64,000 bases of DNA from an uncultured Desulfospira sp. (GTDB taxonomy: Bacteria; Desulfobacterota; Desulfobacteria; Desulfobacterales; Desulfobacteraceae). Position numbers and translations under genes: made by a program. The notes under the pieces are model-generated. The model saw only the letters and a list, made by a program, of their open reading frames with translations, made no database searches and was not told the origin of the DNA. Location: contig OY760175.1 in NCBI GenBank assembly GCA_963663165.1, forward strand, positions 3,456,001-3,520,000, given 5' to 3'. Of the stretch, positions 30,554-42,172 are shown one piece after another (the stretch's first letter is position 1; each line of letters begins with the position of its first letter).

Positions 30554-32725
30554 TCAATTTTTACTGGAAACCAGCAGTGTTTCAAAGTCATGGGCCGGCA
30601 TGGGGCGGTAAAAATAATACCCCTGTCCCTGGTCACAGCCGGCCCCTTTAAGAAAAAGGTATTGGTCTTGGCTTTCAATGCCTTCGGCAACAATGGTTTT
30701 GCCAAGGCTTCGCCCCATGGCAATAATGGCCTTGACAATCACCAGGTTTCCCTGATCTTCCATGGAGTTCATGACAAAGGAACGGTCAATTTTCAAGGTG
30801 TCCACCGGAAAAGAGGTTAAATAACTCAAAGACGAGTACCCGGTGCCGAAATCATCCATGGCGATCCTGAAATTAAGCGATTTTATCCGGTTCAGGGTGG
30901 TGATGGTTTCCTTTGTTTCCCGCAGCAGGATATTTTCCGTAATTTCAATTTCAATGGTGCTGGCATCCACCGTTGTGGCCGCCACCGTATCTTCCAGGGT
31001 CTGGACGATGTTCTGCCGGTTGAGCTTATACCCGGACAGATTGATACAAATCACCGGCGGATCGGCTGACCGGGCCTTGCAGAGGATTTCCCATTCTTTG
31101 GCCTGCCGGCACGCCTCTTTAAGGACCCACCGGTTGATGTCCACAATGATACCGGATTCTTCGGCCACGGGGATAAACTTGTCCGGCGGGATCATCCCCC
31201 GCCGGGGGTGTCGCCACCGGATCAGGGCCTCGGCACCGGCAATGGACTGGTCCGACAGCCTGATCTTGGGCTGATAGTAAAGGATGAGTTCCTGGTTATC
31301 AATGGCCTTTTTCAGATCCTGGTCAATTGAAAACCGCTCAATGGCAGCCTGGTTCATGGATTTTGTAAAAAACTGGTAGGCGTTCCGGCCAAGGGTTTTG
31401 GCATGGTAAAGGGCGGTGTCGGCATTTTTGAGCAACACCTCGGCTTTATCACCGTCTTCGGGAAAAACACTGATGCCGATACTGGTGGTGACCGACACTT
31501 CATGTCCCTCCAGGGAATAGGTGGCCGGTATGCTTCGTAACAGCCTCTGGGCCACCATTGCGGCCGCCTCAGGCTCTTTGATCCCTGTGATCAGGATACT
31601 GAATTCATCTCCGCCGAACCGGGCCACCATCACATCGGTTTCGGGCAAAGAAAGCATCCGTGCGGCCGGGTCACTTTTCCGGATGCATTTCTTTATATTT
31701 TTAGCCACTTTCTGGAGAAGCAAATCCCCGATATGGTGCCCCAGGGTATCGTTAATCCGTTTGAAATGGTCCAGGTCCATGAAAATCAGGGCCAGATATT
31801 CCCGTTGCAGTCCGGCCTTGTTAATGGCCTTTTCCATACGCTCCATAAACAGGCTCCGGTTGGCAAGCCCGGTCAGGCTGTCATAAAACGCCAGATAATG
31901 GATTTCAGCCTGGGCTTTTTTCAGATCGGATACATCCTGGACAATCCCCAAAAGCAGGGCCGCATGATTCTGCTGGTCCGTGATAATTTCTGATTTATTC
32001 AGGATATGCCTGACCGTTCCATCCCCGGAAGAAATCCGGTACTCCAGTGTGCCCGGCTTTTTTGCCTGGATCATCCCCTTAATGCTGTTGCTTACCCGCA
32101 ACTTGTCTGTTTCCGGAATGGAACTGAAAAATTCATCAAAGGGAACGTTGTCTGATAGATCTGCCCGGACCGGCAGGTTTGGATCTCCCCCGTTCAGGCC
32201 CAGAAGGTGTGCGGCTTCCACAGAGCAATGAAAATTTCCGGAAGCCAGATCCACCTGCCAGGTGCCGATTCTGGCCAGTTCCTGGGTTTTGGCCAGGCGA
32301 TTCCGGCTGATATGAAGTTCTTTGAAGGCCTGGCCTGCCCTGAGCATGTACAGCACCTGGGGCCCGAGGGTGCCCAGGTTAATGGGTTTGGACACAAACC
32401 CGTTTGCGCCGGCGTCAAAGGCCTTTCTTATGGAGTCAATATCATCCAGCCCGGTGACCATGAGAATCTGGGTGAACGCGCCTTTCTCTGATGCCCGGAT
32501 CTTTTGGCAGACCTGAAATCCGTCCGTGTCCGGCAGCATGACATCCAGCAGGATAATGTCCGGTTCCCTGGTTTCAAACAGATTGAGGCCCTGATTCCCG
32601 TCTTGAGCTTCAACCATATCCAATCCGGATTTCATGAGGGCGGCCCCCATGGTCAGTCTCATGGTGGGATCATCATCAATGATCAGGGCCAGGCTTGCGG
32701 GCTCTTTGGGGTTGATTGGCATCAT
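30554..32725 (-). CDS. Response regulator with REC-PAS-GGDEF-EAL domains
   Basis: IILLDVMLP receiver; [24 protein letters not shown]. Confidence 0.93.
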   Translation of the reverse strand: MMPINPKEPASLALIIDDDPTMRLTMGAALMKSGLDMVEAQDGNQGLNLFETREPDIILLDVMLPDTDGFQVCQKIRASEKGAFTQILMVTGLDDIDSIRKAFDAGANGFVSKPINLGTLGPQVLYMLRAGQAFKELHISRNRLAKTQELARIGTWQVDLASGNFHCSVEAAHLLGLNGGDPNLPVRADLSDNVPFDEFFSSIPETDKLRVSNSIKGMIQAKKPGTLEYRISSGDGTVRHILNKSEIITDQQNHAALLLGIVQDVSDLKKAQAEIHYLAFYDSLTGLANRSLFMERMEKAINKAGLQREYLALIFMDLDHFKRINDTLGHHIGDLLLQKVAKNIKKCIRKSDPAARMLSLPETDVMVARFGGDEFSILITGIKEPEAAAMVAQRLLRSIPATYSLEGHEVSVTTSIGISVFPEDGDKAEVLLKNADTALYHAKTLGRNAYQFFTKSMNQAAIERFSIDQDLKKAIDNQELILYYQPKIRLSDQSIAGAEALIRWRHPRRGMIPPDKFIPVAEESGIIVDINRWVLKEACRQAKEWEILCKARSADPPVICINLSGYKLNRQNIVQTLEDTVAATTVDASTIEIEITENILLRETKETITTLNRIKSLNFRIAMDDFGTGYSSLSYLTSFPVDTLKIDRSFVMNSMEDQGNLVIVKAIIAMGRSLGKTIVAEGIESQDQYLFLKGAGCDQGQGYYFYRPMPAHDFETLLVSSKN

Positions 32726-35211
32726 TTTCGGGACGCTTCCTTTTTAAGTGCTGATTTGACCTTTATAAATTCTTTTTGGATGGCCTCAAGCTGCTCATCA
32801 AGGTCTTGAAGGTCATCCTTTCTGCAGCTCAATTCCAGAATTTTGAATTGTTCGGACAGGGCCAGCGCCCCCAGATGGGCACTTGAAGATTTCAGGGTAT
32901 GGGCAATCCGGATAATCTCAGATTCCGGGGTGTCAACCGACAAATTTTCAATTTTAGCAGAAGCGTCCGTGATAAAGGTGTTAATGATTTTTTCCAACAA
33001 ATTGGGCTTGCCTTCTATCTGTATATCTCTGAACTCTTGAAGCACACGGACATCAATAACGGCCGGGCTGACTTCACCATTCAAGTGGCTTGAGGTGTCT
33101 GATCCACCGGCCGCTTCAGTCCCGTCATTCAAGACACGGCCGGAACCGGGGCATCCTTTGGGAAGCCATTTTTCCAACGTATCAATGAGGTCATCCATTT
33201 TAAACGGCTTGGTCAAAAAATCGTCCATGCCGGCATCCAGGCATTTTTGCCGGTCCCCGGCCATGGCATGGGCGGTTATGGCAATCACAGGCGTTCGTTT
33301 ACCCAGGGCTTTTTCCCTGTCCCGAATTTTCCCGGTTGCCTGGTATCCGTCCATTTCCGGCATCTGGCAGTCCATGAGAACAATGTCCGGTTCAAGGGTT
33401 TCAAATTTTTGAACCGCCTCAATTCCGTTAGCGGCAATGGTCACCCGGCAGTCCAGGTTCTCCAGCATGGCCGCAAATACTTTCTGGTTGGTCAGGTTGT
33501 CTTCGGCCACCAGAATACGGGTACTCATATGGGGGACGGTCTCCGGTACCGGGTGTTCAAGCAAACGCCCGATGGGGGGATCATTCGCCCGCTCCATGGT
33601 CAGCACAAAGGAAAACTCGCTGCCTTTCCCAAGGGTGCTGATACAGGAAAGGCTTCCGCCCATAAGGGAGACCAGTTCTGAAGAAATGGCCAAGCCCAGC
33701 CCGGTTCCCCCATATTTCCGGGTATAAGAGGCATCGGCCTGGGAAAACGGGGTAAATAATCTTTTCTGGTCCTCTTTAGAGATACCGATGCCGGTGTCTT
33801 TGATGGAGATGCCAAGCTTTATCCATTGATCCGGGACTTCAGGGTTGGCGTATTCTTTTGCCAGGGCAGCCGCAGTTGAAATTTTTAAAGAAACCCCGCC
33901 TTTTTCCGTAAATTTTACGGCATTCCCGATCAGGTTGATCAATACCTGTTTGATCCGGGTGGGATCACCTTTTAAAAACAGAGGCATACCCGAAGGCATG
34001 TCAACCAGAAGATCCAGATGTTTTTCTGCTGCCGAAGCCGACAACAGGGTGATGACATCCTCAACCAGCCCTTTCAAATCAAAAGGGATATACTCTACTT
34101 TCAGTTTTCCGGCTTCGATTTTGGAAAAATCGAGAATATCGTTGATAATTTCAAGCAGGGTGACGGCCGATTTCTGTATGGTCAGGGCAAGGTCGGACTG
34201 CTGCCCGGAAAGCGTTGATGCCAGAAGAAGTTCGGTCATGCCCAGGATACCGTTCATGGGTGTCCGGATCTCATGGCTCATGTTGGCCAGGAACTGGGAC
34301 TTGACCCGGTTGGCTTCCTCTGCCTGTTTTCTGGCCTTTTTAAGGCGGTTGACCGTGGATTCAAGTTCTTCCTTGGCCCGGGTCAAATCCAGGGTCCTTC
34401 GTTCCACCCGGTATTCCAGGTTCAGGCTGTGGGCTTTAAGTTCTTCATCCCTGGCCTGTATTTCTTCAAGCATCTGGTTGAACTGGTCCACCAGGATTCC
34501 GAATTCATCATAGCTGTTCTTTGCCACCCTGACCTGGTAATCCTTTTCCCGGGTCACCCGGTTCATGGTCCGGATAACTTCAAACAATGGGCGTGTGAAT
34601 ATGGACTGGACCCAGGAGGACAACATCAGGACCACCATCAAAATGATGAAAACCATGGCCGCCACCAGAAGATAGTACACCTTAAGCCGTTTTTCCTGCT
34701 GCTGCATGTCATCAATCAAATGAATGGCCCCTAAAAAGGTATTTTTGAACCTCACCGGAAGGATCATGTGGGCATGGCCGTTTTCAATCAGGGTGATCAT
34801 CCCGTCGGTCTCAAGGTCGGGCAAAAGGGCTTTGGGAGAGGGCCAGACTGATTTGATCTCACCGATCAAATCACCAATCGGGACGGTATCCCTGGCGTAA
34901 GAGCTGTAAACATCTCCCTTGGTATCGTAGAGAATGGCCGCGATAATACCCGGTTTTAAAGACAGGGCATTCAAGTCTTCCAGGGCTGCGGACGGGTCAT
35001 TGAACATCATGGCCACCCCGCTGTTCAATGCGGTCAGGCTGGCCATTGACTTGAGTTCGTTTATCAGATGCTTGCGGGCATTGTATGTTTCATAGGCCAC
35101 CATGGAGGCCGCTTCCATAAAAAGGGCCAGCAGGGCTGTAAAGCCCAGGATCAGAATCAGTCTGGTCCGGATGGAAACGGTCCTGAATTTGAGGATATCG
35201 GCAAGCTTCAT
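32722..35211 (-). CDS. Hybrid sensor histidine kinase (periplasmic sensor-HAMP-HisKA-HATPase-REC-Hpt)
   Basis: Two TM segments; [38 protein letters not shown] (Hpt). Confidence 0.93.
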   Translation of the reverse strand: MKLADILKFRTVSIRTRLILILGFTALLALFMEAASMVAYETYNARKHLINELKSMASLTALNSGVAMMFNDPSAALEDLNALSLKPGIIAAILYDTKGDVYSSYARDTVPIGDLIGEIKSVWPSPKALLPDLETDGMITLIENGHAHMILPVRFKNTFLGAIHLIDDMQQQEKRLKVYYLLVAAMVFIILMVVLMLSSWVQSIFTRPLFEVIRTMNRVTREKDYQVRVAKNSYDEFGILVDQFNQMLEEIQARDEELKAHSLNLEYRVERRTLDLTRAKEELESTVNRLKKARKQAEEANRVKSQFLANMSHEIRTPMNGILGMTELLLASTLSGQQSDLALTIQKSAVTLLEIINDILDFSKIEAGKLKVEYIPFDLKGLVEDVITLLSASAAEKHLDLLVDMPSGMPLFLKGDPTRIKQVLINLIGNAVKFTEKGGVSLKISTAAALAKEYANPEVPDQWIKLGISIKDTGIGISKEDQKRLFTPFSQADASYTRKYGGTGLGLAISSELVSLMGGSLSCISTLGKGSEFSFVLTMERANDPPIGRLLEHPVPETVPHMSTRILVAEDNLTNQKVFAAMLENLDCRVTIAANGIEAVQKFETLEPDIVLMDCQMPEMDGYQATGKIRDREKALGKRTPVIAITAHAMAGDRQKCLDAGMDDFLTKPFKMDDLIDTLEKWLPKGCPGSGRVLNDGTEAAGGSDTSSHLNGEVSPAVIDVRVLQEFRDIQIEGKPNLLEKIINTFITDASAKIENLSVDTPESEIIRIAHTLKSSSAHLGALALSEQFKILELSCRKDDLQDLDEQLEAIQKEFIKVKSALKKEASRK

Positions 35212-35831
35212 TGGCCTTCATCCACGACAACGGCAAGTTTGAGCAGCCGGGAACTGAATTTAAGGGCATGCTGTTCACCGCTTTTGATATTGATCTCAAA
35301 ATGAAGGTGATCGTTCCTTGAAAAAAACTGGATAATTCCCCCCATTTTTGTGAAATTCCTGATTTCCCCAATGGTGAGAACCGGATGATCTGCGATTAAA
35401 CTTAAAATCCGGAGGGTTTCATCAGGGCCAACCTGCTCGCCAATGAACACCACATTGCTTTTTAAAAAACCGGTTTCACCGGTGCCTGTTTGGCTCTTAA
35501 GGGAAGCGGCATCCGGATAATACCGGATTTGAATGGCCCGCTCACTGCTTTTTTTCCCGTCAAGGGTTTGAAAATGTGTTTTGACCTGGTCATCACCGAA
35601 AACTGAAATCAAATAAGGGCTTTCACTGTTTTCAAATGCGGTTTCCGGCCATTGAATAAATTTGGTGAAATTATAGATAAAGGCGGCTTTGACCGCATAT
35701 TCTTCCAGCCGTTCAACCTGTGCAATGTCCGGGACCCCAAAAACAAACAGAATCCCGGTGAAAAGAAAAAGAAAAAACTTTTTTACGGCGCGCCAGGCTG
35801 AAAACATCGGTTGCTTTGTCATGGGAAACAA
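35208..35831 (-). CDS. YfiR/DUF4154 family periplasmic protein
   Basis: [37 protein letters not shown]. Confidence 0.9.
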   Translation of the reverse strand: MFPMTKQPMFSAWRAVKKFFLFLFTGILFVFGVPDIAQVERLEEYAVKAAFIYNFTKFIQWPETAFENSESPYLISVFGDDQVKTHFQTLDGKKSSERAIQIRYYPDAASLKSQTGTGETGFLKSNVVFIGEQVGPDETLRILSLIADHPVLTIGEIRNFTKMGGIIQFFSRNDHLHFEINIKSGEQHALKFSSRLLKLAVVVDEGQ

Positions 35832-35836
35832 TTTCT

Positions 35837-37888
35837 TCAGAATTTATAGCTTACGCCGGCATATACGGATCGGGGGACTTCCACAAAGCGGCTGAAAGCT
35901 TCCTGGACAAACTCAAGATGGCTGTCCTCAAGCAGGTTCTGTCCGGTCAGAAAAACCTCAAGGCCGGGCCTGACCCGCCAGCCCAGGCGTAAATCAAGTG
36001 TCAGGTAATCGTCAATGGGATAAATGGTATCCGAATAGAAAGCGCAGGTTGCCCGGGTTTTGCCTACGTATCTTAACCAGGCATTCAGTCCGATATCCCG
36101 GGTCAGTTTAAATTCTCCCCTAAGGGAGGCCTGATGTTTGGTAAAGCCGAAATCAATCTTAAAATCACGCTCATCGTTGAACTCGTGGAATGTCAGTGAG
36201 TAGGCCAGGCTCCATTTGATTTTTTCAGACGCAACCAAATCCACAGCGAGTTCGGCGCCCCAGGAACGGGCCTTTGACAGATTGGTCAACTCAAGGTCCT
36301 GGATCATGACACGGTTTACAGAATCATAATGCAGGGCCCCGGGCCCGTACACCCTTAAATCATCATAATCATTAAAGAAAAGCGCCATGTCCATGGAAAA
36401 TTTCGGTCCTGGCAGGAACCGGTACCCCGCCTCACAGGCCAGGAGGACTTCGGCATCCTGATCCTTGTTGTTTAGAAACCGTGCATAAACCGGTATGCCC
36501 TGATCCGATCCATAGACAGGGACCACGGCGTCCGTCTCCACCCGGGAAGGGATTCTTACCGCCCTTGATACCGCAGCCCAGACTTTATGCTGTTTGCTGG
36601 CCGACCACATGAGCCGGGTGGAGGGCTGAATTTCAAATCCCGTATAATCATTGTGCTCAAATTTAGACCCCAGGGTCAGTTTGAGCCGGTTGTTCAAAAA
36701 GGAGATTTCATCCTGAACAAACGCCGAGCAGAGATAATCGGTGGTGCTTTCAGGATCCATATCCGTAACGATTGATCCGGCAAAATCATCATCAGAGAGC
36801 CGGAATCGGGCCCCCCAGATAATGTCGTTCCGGGTGCCAAGGGCAAACCGGTGCTGAAAATCCGCATCAAGGTTATGCCGGTCTTCGTTAATAAAATCTT
36901 CAGACCGTTTCATGGCGTCATAATAAACCTGAAACGCCACCTCCGACGTTCCCGAAAGGGTCTTTGTCCACCGGGCCATGATATTGCCCCCGGATACATG
37001 GGTGATTTCCGGGAAAACGTCCATATACGGCGAGGATTCGCTGACCAGGTAAAGATCCTGGTGGATCCGGCCGTCGTAAAGATCTCCTTGAAGGGTCAGG
37101 CTGCTGGCCGGGGCAAAGTCCTTGTCCAGCCGGAACCCGGCCTGGTTGATCTGCCACTCATCCCCGGCATCGCCACCGGATACCAGTTCAAACTCATCCC
37201 TGGCCTGATGCTTGCCGTAAATCCGCCAGGCAGTATCTGTCCCCGCAGTTCCGCCGTATCGGAATCCGGCCATATTTTTTTCAACGGTTCCCAGCCGGGC
37301 CTCCACATAACCGCCCTGGGTTTCATTGGCGTTCCGGGTGATGATGTTGATGACCCCGTTCACGGCATTGGAGCCCCAGATGGTGGCCCCGGGCCCCCGG
37401 ATGATCTCAATGCGGTCCACATCTTCTAAGAACACATCGGTGACTTCCCAGTAAACCCCGGAAAAGCTCGGGGTATAGACGCTGCGGCCGTCAATGAGCA
37501 CCAGAAGGCTCGGGGAGAAGCGGCTGTTAAATCCCCGGCAGTTTACGGCCCATTTATTAGAATCAATCCGGGCCACATTAACCCCGGGGGCCATGCGAAG
37601 GGCATCGGGAATGCTGGTGGCCCCGGACCGCCGGATATCCTCCCGGGTAATGACAAACACAGCGGCAGCGCTTTCCGACAGCTGCTGGCTTTTTTTATTC
37701 ACCGAGGTGACCTTGACATCCATGAGTTCTTCAAGGGAGAACCCGGTCAGGTCCAGGGTCTCTGTTCCTGGATAACCGATTGAATTAAAAATAAAAACGC
37801 TGGAGATAACGGCGATTTGAAAAAAAATATTCTTCAACACCGGATTTAAAGCTGTTTGTTTCATCTCAATCATGAAACGACCTTCCAT
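35837..37888 (-). CDS. TonB-dependent receptor
   Basis: SLEELMDVKVTS plug, LIDGR, RIEIIRGPGATIWGSNAVNGVINIIT, C-terminal Phe. Confidence 0.92.
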   Translation of the reverse strand: MEGRFMIEMKQTALNPVLKNIFFQIAVISSVFIFNSIGYPGTETLDLTGFSLEELMDVKVTSVNKKSQQLSESAAAVFVITREDIRRSGATSIPDALRMAPGVNVARIDSNKWAVNCRGFNSRFSPSLLVLIDGRSVYTPSFSGVYWEVTDVFLEDVDRIEIIRGPGATIWGSNAVNGVINIITRNANETQGGYVEARLGTVEKNMAGFRYGGTAGTDTAWRIYGKHQARDEFELVSGGDAGDEWQINQAGFRLDKDFAPASSLTLQGDLYDGRIHQDLYLVSESSPYMDVFPEITHVSGGNIMARWTKTLSGTSEVAFQVYYDAMKRSEDFINEDRHNLDADFQHRFALGTRNDIIWGARFRLSDDDFAGSIVTDMDPESTTDYLCSAFVQDEISFLNNRLKLTLGSKFEHNDYTGFEIQPSTRLMWSASKQHKVWAAVSRAVRIPSRVETDAVVPVYGSDQGIPVYARFLNNKDQDAEVLLACEAGYRFLPGPKFSMDMALFFNDYDDLRVYGPGALHYDSVNRVMIQDLELTNLSKARSWGAELAVDLVASEKIKWSLAYSLTFHEFNDERDFKIDFGFTKHQASLRGEFKLTRDIGLNAWLRYVGKTRATCAFYSDTIYPIDDYLTLDLRLGWRVRPGLEVFLTGQNLLEDSHLEFVQEAFSRFVEVPRSVYAGVSYKF

Positions 37889-38142
37889 TCAAGAAAAGCG
37901 CTTCATCCTTTTAGCTTTAACAGCAAAGGCCGCTGCATCTGGCCGGGATTCAGACAGCAGTGGAAGACCTTAGTCCAAATGGTTTGGCCCAGTTATAAAT
38001 TTTTACTGTTTATTCAAATTTTTGTCAATGAAAGGCTATTTTAAGGAACCGGGTGACCGCATTTGTAATCCAGCATGATATTTGGATATTGTTTGTAAAT
38101 TGTATAGAATGGGGACTTGGGATATGGGACTTGGGTAGCCCG

Positions 38143-38175
38143 GTAGGGTGGGCAAAAGCGCAGCGTTGCCCACCA
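38143..38175 (+). repeat. REP-like element (GTAG-type)
   Basis: GTAGGGTGGGCAA...TTGCCCACC hairpin; related hairpin at 50809-50833. Confidence 0.7.
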
Positions 38176-38269
38176 CTGACCATATAATATGTTATTTTTT
38201 AACGATAAATCAAATGGTATCGCAGCAACTGGAGACCGAAACCGTCAAGTTCCCTGGTTTGAGCGATAG

Positions 38270-38322
38270 GGTTGGAGCGGGCCATGCCCGCGATTCGATC
38301 GCGGGCATGGCCCGCTCCAACC
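38270..38322. repeat. Perfect 25 bp inverted repeat (paired REP-like)
   Basis: ggttggagcgggccatgcccgcgat-tcg-atcgcgggcatggcccgctccaacc. Confidence 0.85.
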
Positions 38323-38359
38323 TTGCATTGACCAAAAATGTAACGATAGCGGCCGGATG

Positions 38360-39109
38360 TCAGGCCATTGACCAGAGAAATTTTATGCCGATAAGGATCA
38401 GCACAAAGCCCAGCAGCCGTTTAACACTCTGGGGCTTCATTTTCTTTTGCATTACCCGGGTACCTAAATACCCGCCGGTCCAGGCGGCCATCCCGGCAAA
38501 AGCAAGAATCCGGATAGACACGGACCCCATGGCCATATAGGTCAAAAAGGCAGAAAAAGACGAAAACGGGACGGAAAACGCCGTTACCATGGCGACTTTT
38601 TTGGGGTTAAACCCCTGGACGATCATCAAAGGGGAGATAATCCCCCCGCCGCCAACGCCGAGAAGCCCGGAAACGAATCCGGCCAGGATACCAACGCCTA
38701 AAGGACCTGCAACGGACCGGTCTTCCCGGTACTGGTCGGCATATTTAGATCCTTTAAAAAAAATCATCATGGAACCTGAAAAAAACAGAAAAGCGATAAA
38801 GGCCCAAAGCAGGATCCGCGTGGGCAGGAAATGGCCGGCCCAGGCCCCGGCCGGGGCCATTACAATGGAGGCCCCAATGATGGGCAGCCCCAGTCTTACG
38901 TCCAGCTTCTTTTCTTTAAAATTGGACCAGGTGGCCCCGAGCATGCTGGCGCAATTGACAAAAAGCCCGGTGGGCCGGGCCAGATGAAACGGAACACCGG
39001 CCCAGGTTAACGCCGGAATAAGGATCACTGCAGAACCGACACCGCCCAGGGCAAACACAAAACTGAGGATAAACGACAGGGCAACAATAATCAGCAGATG
39101 GACGTCCAT
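38360..39109 (-). CDS. TauE/SafE sulfite-exporter family membrane protein
   Basis: ALGGVGS and GLLGVGGGGI repeats; multiple TM segments. Confidence 0.88.
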   Translation of the reverse strand: MDVHLLIIVALSFILSFVFALGGVGSAVILIPALTWAGVPFHLARPTGLFVNCASMLGATWSNFKEKKLDVRLGLPIIGASIVMAPAGAWAGHFLPTRILLWAFIAFLFFSGSMMIFFKGSKYADQYREDRSVAGPLGVGILAGFVSGLLGVGGGGIISPLMIVQGFNPKKVAMVTAFSVPFSSFSAFLTYMAMGSVSIRILAFAGMAAWTGGYLGTRVMQKKMKPQSVKRLLGFVLILIGIKFLWSMA

Positions 39110-39187
39110 CTTTATTCATCCTTTACCGGCCGGGAACCGCACACCGGATAATGGATTCCATTGGCAGTCCCGGCATGGCTATTAAGA

Positions 39188-39562
39188 TTACATCTTGGCC
39201 AGAGGGCCGGGTTTGAATGCCAGGGCCATATCCTCTGTGGAGGCGGTCAGCCCCTTGACCTTTTCGTAGCCGTTGGCTTTCAGGTACAGGTAGGCCATGG
39301 CCCCCCGAAAGACAGAAGAACAAAAAGGAACGATCACCTTGTCTTTAGGCACTTCCCCGAGCCGGTCCGGCAGGTCATTTAAAGGAATCTCCAAGGCAAA
39401 GGGGAACTTAAGATAGGCTGTCTCTTCATCTGTCCGGACATCCAGAAAGACAAAATCATCACTGCCAAGGGCTTTTTTCATTCCGTCAATACTCATGCCG
39501 TGTTTACCGGCACCCAGGAACTGAAAATCCATCTCTTTTAATATCTGATTCAAATCGTTCAT
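39188..39562 (-). CDS. Rhodanese-like protein
   Basis: FLDVRT, FCSSVFRG active loop. Confidence 0.85.
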   Translation of the reverse strand: MNDLNQILKEMDFQFLGAGKHGMSIDGMKKALGSDDFVFLDVRTDEETAYLKFPFALEIPLNDLPDRLGEVPKDKVIVPFCSSVFRGAMAYLYLKANGYEKVKGLTASTEDMALAFKPGPLAKM

Positions 39563-39598
39563 ATCGTTACGCTCCTGATGAAAAATTTCTCTCACCGG

Positions 39599-39832
39599 TT
39601 AACCTTCAATCCAGGCTTTAATATCCTCTTTTTTGGGCACCTTTCCCGTACATTTGACCTCGCCGTCCACAATGACTGAAGGCGTGCCAAATACCCCATA
39701 TGAAGCGATCTGCATCATATCGGTCACCTTTTCAACGCTGGCGTCCGCGCCGGTCTCTTTGATCACCTCCTGTACCAGTTTCTCAGTTTTGCTGCATTTG
39801 GCGCATCCCGGCCCCAATACTTTGATCTCCAT
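39599..39832 (-). CDS. Small thioredoxin-fold redox-active disulfide protein
   Basis: MEIKVLGPGCAKC..YGVFGTPSVIVDG. Confidence 0.9.
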   Translation of the reverse strand: MEIKVLGPGCAKCSKTEKLVQEVIKETGADASVEKVTDMMQIASYGVFGTPSVIVDGEVKCTGKVPKKEDIKAWIEG

Positions 39833-39845
39833 TTTGGTTACTCCT

Positions 39846-40913
39846 TTATAAAATAATGTTAAACAAATATCCCACAAGCAATATCCCGCAGGCCACCACA
39901 CCGATAAACACACCGATCAGCCTGGGTTTCAGGACTTTTCTCAATATCACCATCTCCGGCAGTGACAGGGCAATGACACTCATCATGAATGCCAGAACAG
40001 ACCCCAACGCCGCCCCTTTGCCCAGCAGGGCCTCAACCACCGGGATCACCCCGGCGGCATTGGAATACATGGGCACACCGATGAGCACGGAAGCCGGAAC
40101 CGACCACCAGGATCCTTTTCCCATCACAGAGGCCATGACACCTTCAGGAACAAACCCGTGAATACCGGCCCCCACGGCAATGCCCAAAATGACATAAACC
40201 CAGACACGGCCGATGATCTCCTTTACGGCATCCCAGCCGTAAACAAACCGGTCCCGCCAGGTCATTTTTTCTTCTTCCAGTTCAACGGCCGCCATATTGG
40301 CTGCGGTGACCCAGTCCTCAATATGGTTTTCAAGTTTAAGACGGCCGATGACCCATCCGGCACAGACCGCGATGAAAAGCCCTGTTCCCAGATAGATGGC
40401 CGCCACCTTCCAGCCCAAAAGCCCGTATAAAAGGCCCAGGGCAATTTCATTGACCATGGGGGCGGCAATCAGAAAGGAAAAGGTAACGCCCAGGGGGACG
40501 CCGGCCGTGACAAAGCCGATAAACAGCGGCACCGCAGAACAGGAACAAAAGGGGGTGACGATCCCGAGCAGGGCCGCCAGTACATTGCCGGCAAATTCAC
40601 TCTTCCCGGATAAAAACGCACGGGTTTTCTCCGGGGTAAAAAAGCTTCGAATAATGCCCACGCCGAACACGACCAGAAACAGCAGCATCATGACTTTGGG
40701 GGTATCATAAAGGAAAAATTCTATGGCATCGCCCAGGTGAGACCCCCTGTCAATGGAGATCAGGTCATAGGTGAGCCATTTTGATACCCCCGGAAGCCTG
40801 CGGTAGATCACCCACCACAGAACAACACCGGCGGCCCCCATGACCAGATTGGTCAAAAGGGACAGGGTCTCTTTTTGCCGGACCGGACCGGTACTTGCTT
40901 TGGTCATTCCCAT
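39846..40913 (-). CDS. ArsP-like (DUF318) permease
   Basis: TPFCSCSAVP, APMVNE, GVPMYSNAAG, LSLPE. Confidence 0.9.
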   Translation of the reverse strand: MGMTKASTGPVRQKETLSLLTNLVMGAAGVVLWWVIYRRLPGVSKWLTYDLISIDRGSHLGDAIEFFLYDTPKVMMLLFLVVFGVGIIRSFFTPEKTRAFLSGKSEFAGNVLAALLGIVTPFCSCSAVPLFIGFVTAGVPLGVTFSFLIAAPMVNEIALGLLYGLLGWKVAAIYLGTGLFIAVCAGWVIGRLKLENHIEDWVTAANMAAVELEEEKMTWRDRFVYGWDAVKEIIGRVWVYVILGIAVGAGIHGFVPEGVMASVMGKGSWWSVPASVLIGVPMYSNAAGVIPVVEALLGKGAALGSVLAFMMSVIALSLPEMVILRKVLKPRLIGVFIGVVACGILLVGYLFNIIL

Positions 40914-40926
40914 ATCATCCCCCTTA

Positions 40927-40954
40927 TTATATATGGCCATTTAGCGATATATAA
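40927..40954. promoter_or_regulatory. Candidate ArsR operator palindrome
   Basis: TTATATATgGCcAttTaGCgATATATAA imperfect palindrome between arsR and the permease; a similar site lies near 41360-41385 upstream of arsR. Confidence 0.5.
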
Positions 40955-40975
40955 GCTTAAAATTTTTTTTGTTAT

Positions 40976-41323
40976 TTACTCCCGGCCCACAATATCGTGC
41001 CGGTCAATCCCCGGCAGAATGCCTTGGAGTTTCTTAATTTCCGATTCATTTTCCAGCCAGTGCTTCAGATTCCCGATCATGCTTGCGGCAAAGGGGGACC
41101 CCCTGCCGTCGGACAGAGAGTAGTTGACCCACAAGCCGTCTTTAAAGCTTCTGACCAGATCGGCATCTTCCAGAATTTTCAAATGTTTGCTGGCCGTGGA
41201 CTGGGCCACGCCCAGGGCTTCCTTGATTTCACAGACACATAACGGCCGCTGCTGAAGCATTTTCATCATTTTGACCCGGTTGGGATCGGACAGCGCTTTC
41301 ATGACTTTGATAAATGTTTTCAT
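40976..41323 (-). CDS. ArsR/SmtB family repressor
   Basis: KALSDPNR, LCVCE, QSTASKHL..L, GLWVNYSL. Confidence 0.93.
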   Translation of the reverse strand: MKTFIKVMKALSDPNRVKMMKMLQQRPLCVCEIKEALGVAQSTASKHLKILEDADLVRSFKDGLWVNYSLSDGRGSPFAASMIGNLKHWLENESEIKKLQGILPGIDRHDIVGRE

Positions 41324-41499
41324 AGCCGTTTGCCGCCTTAAGCCGGCAGCCCCTATTTATTAAATCGTTAAAATGGAATATATAGACACTAACACCCCTT
41401 GTCAACCGGTGGTGCAAAAAAACTTCATGACATATCCGGGTTAGCCCGACGAGGGCAGGGGTTGATCCGGAAATTTTTTATCTATTCCCTGTCCTTTTT

Positions 41500-42135
41500 C
41501 TACAGGGCAATCAGCTCCCGGGGCCGGTCCATGCAGATCCCGGCACCGGAATTTTCAAGATCCTGTCTGGAGCCGTACCCCCACAGAACGCCGGCCCCGT
41601 ATACGCCGTTGTCCCGGGCACCGATCATGTCATAGGCCGTATCCCCGACCATGATGGTACCTGAAGCGTCAAGACATTCCTGTTCCAGTATATGGGCAAT
41701 CAGGGTGGGTTTATCCCCTCTGGTGCCGTCCAGTTCAGCCCCGTAAACCTGTTTAAAGAAGGGGGCAAGGCCATAATGGTGAATAATTTTTTGTGCAAAC
41801 ACCCAGGGTTTGGAGGTGGCCACGTACAGGGCATGCCCCTTTTTCTGCAAGGCTTCAAGGGCCCCGGGAATCCCTTCATAAACCCGGTTTTCATACATTC
41901 CGGTTTTCTCAAATCTTTCCCGGTAAAAGGCCACCGCCTGTTCGGCGTCTGCCCTGTCTGTCCCCAGCAGTTTTAAAAAACTGTCCCGCAGCGGCGGACC
42001 GATACACCAGCCAAGGGTGTTCATATCCGGTATGGCGGCCCCCATTTTTTCAAGGGCGTACACAATGCTTTTTGTAATCCCCTCAAAGGGATCGGTAAGG
42101 GTTCCGTCCAGATCAAACAATATACTTTTTTTCAT
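41500..42135 (-). CDS. HAD-family hydrolase (phosphoglycolate phosphatase/nucleotidase-like)
   Basis: FDLDGTLTD, ATSK, MVGD..D..GA. Confidence 0.9.
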   Translation of the reverse strand: MKKSILFDLDGTLTDPFEGITKSIVYALEKMGAAIPDMNTLGWCIGPPLRDSFLKLLGTDRADAEQAVAFYRERFEKTGMYENRVYEGIPGALEALQKKGHALYVATSKPWVFAQKIIHHYGLAPFFKQVYGAELDGTRGDKPTLIAHILEQECLDASGTIMVGDTAYDMIGARDNGVYGAGVLWGYGSRQDLENSGAGICMDRPRELIAL

Positions 42136-42172
42136 ATTTCCCACATTTCACGTTCCCCGTATGGTTTACCGG

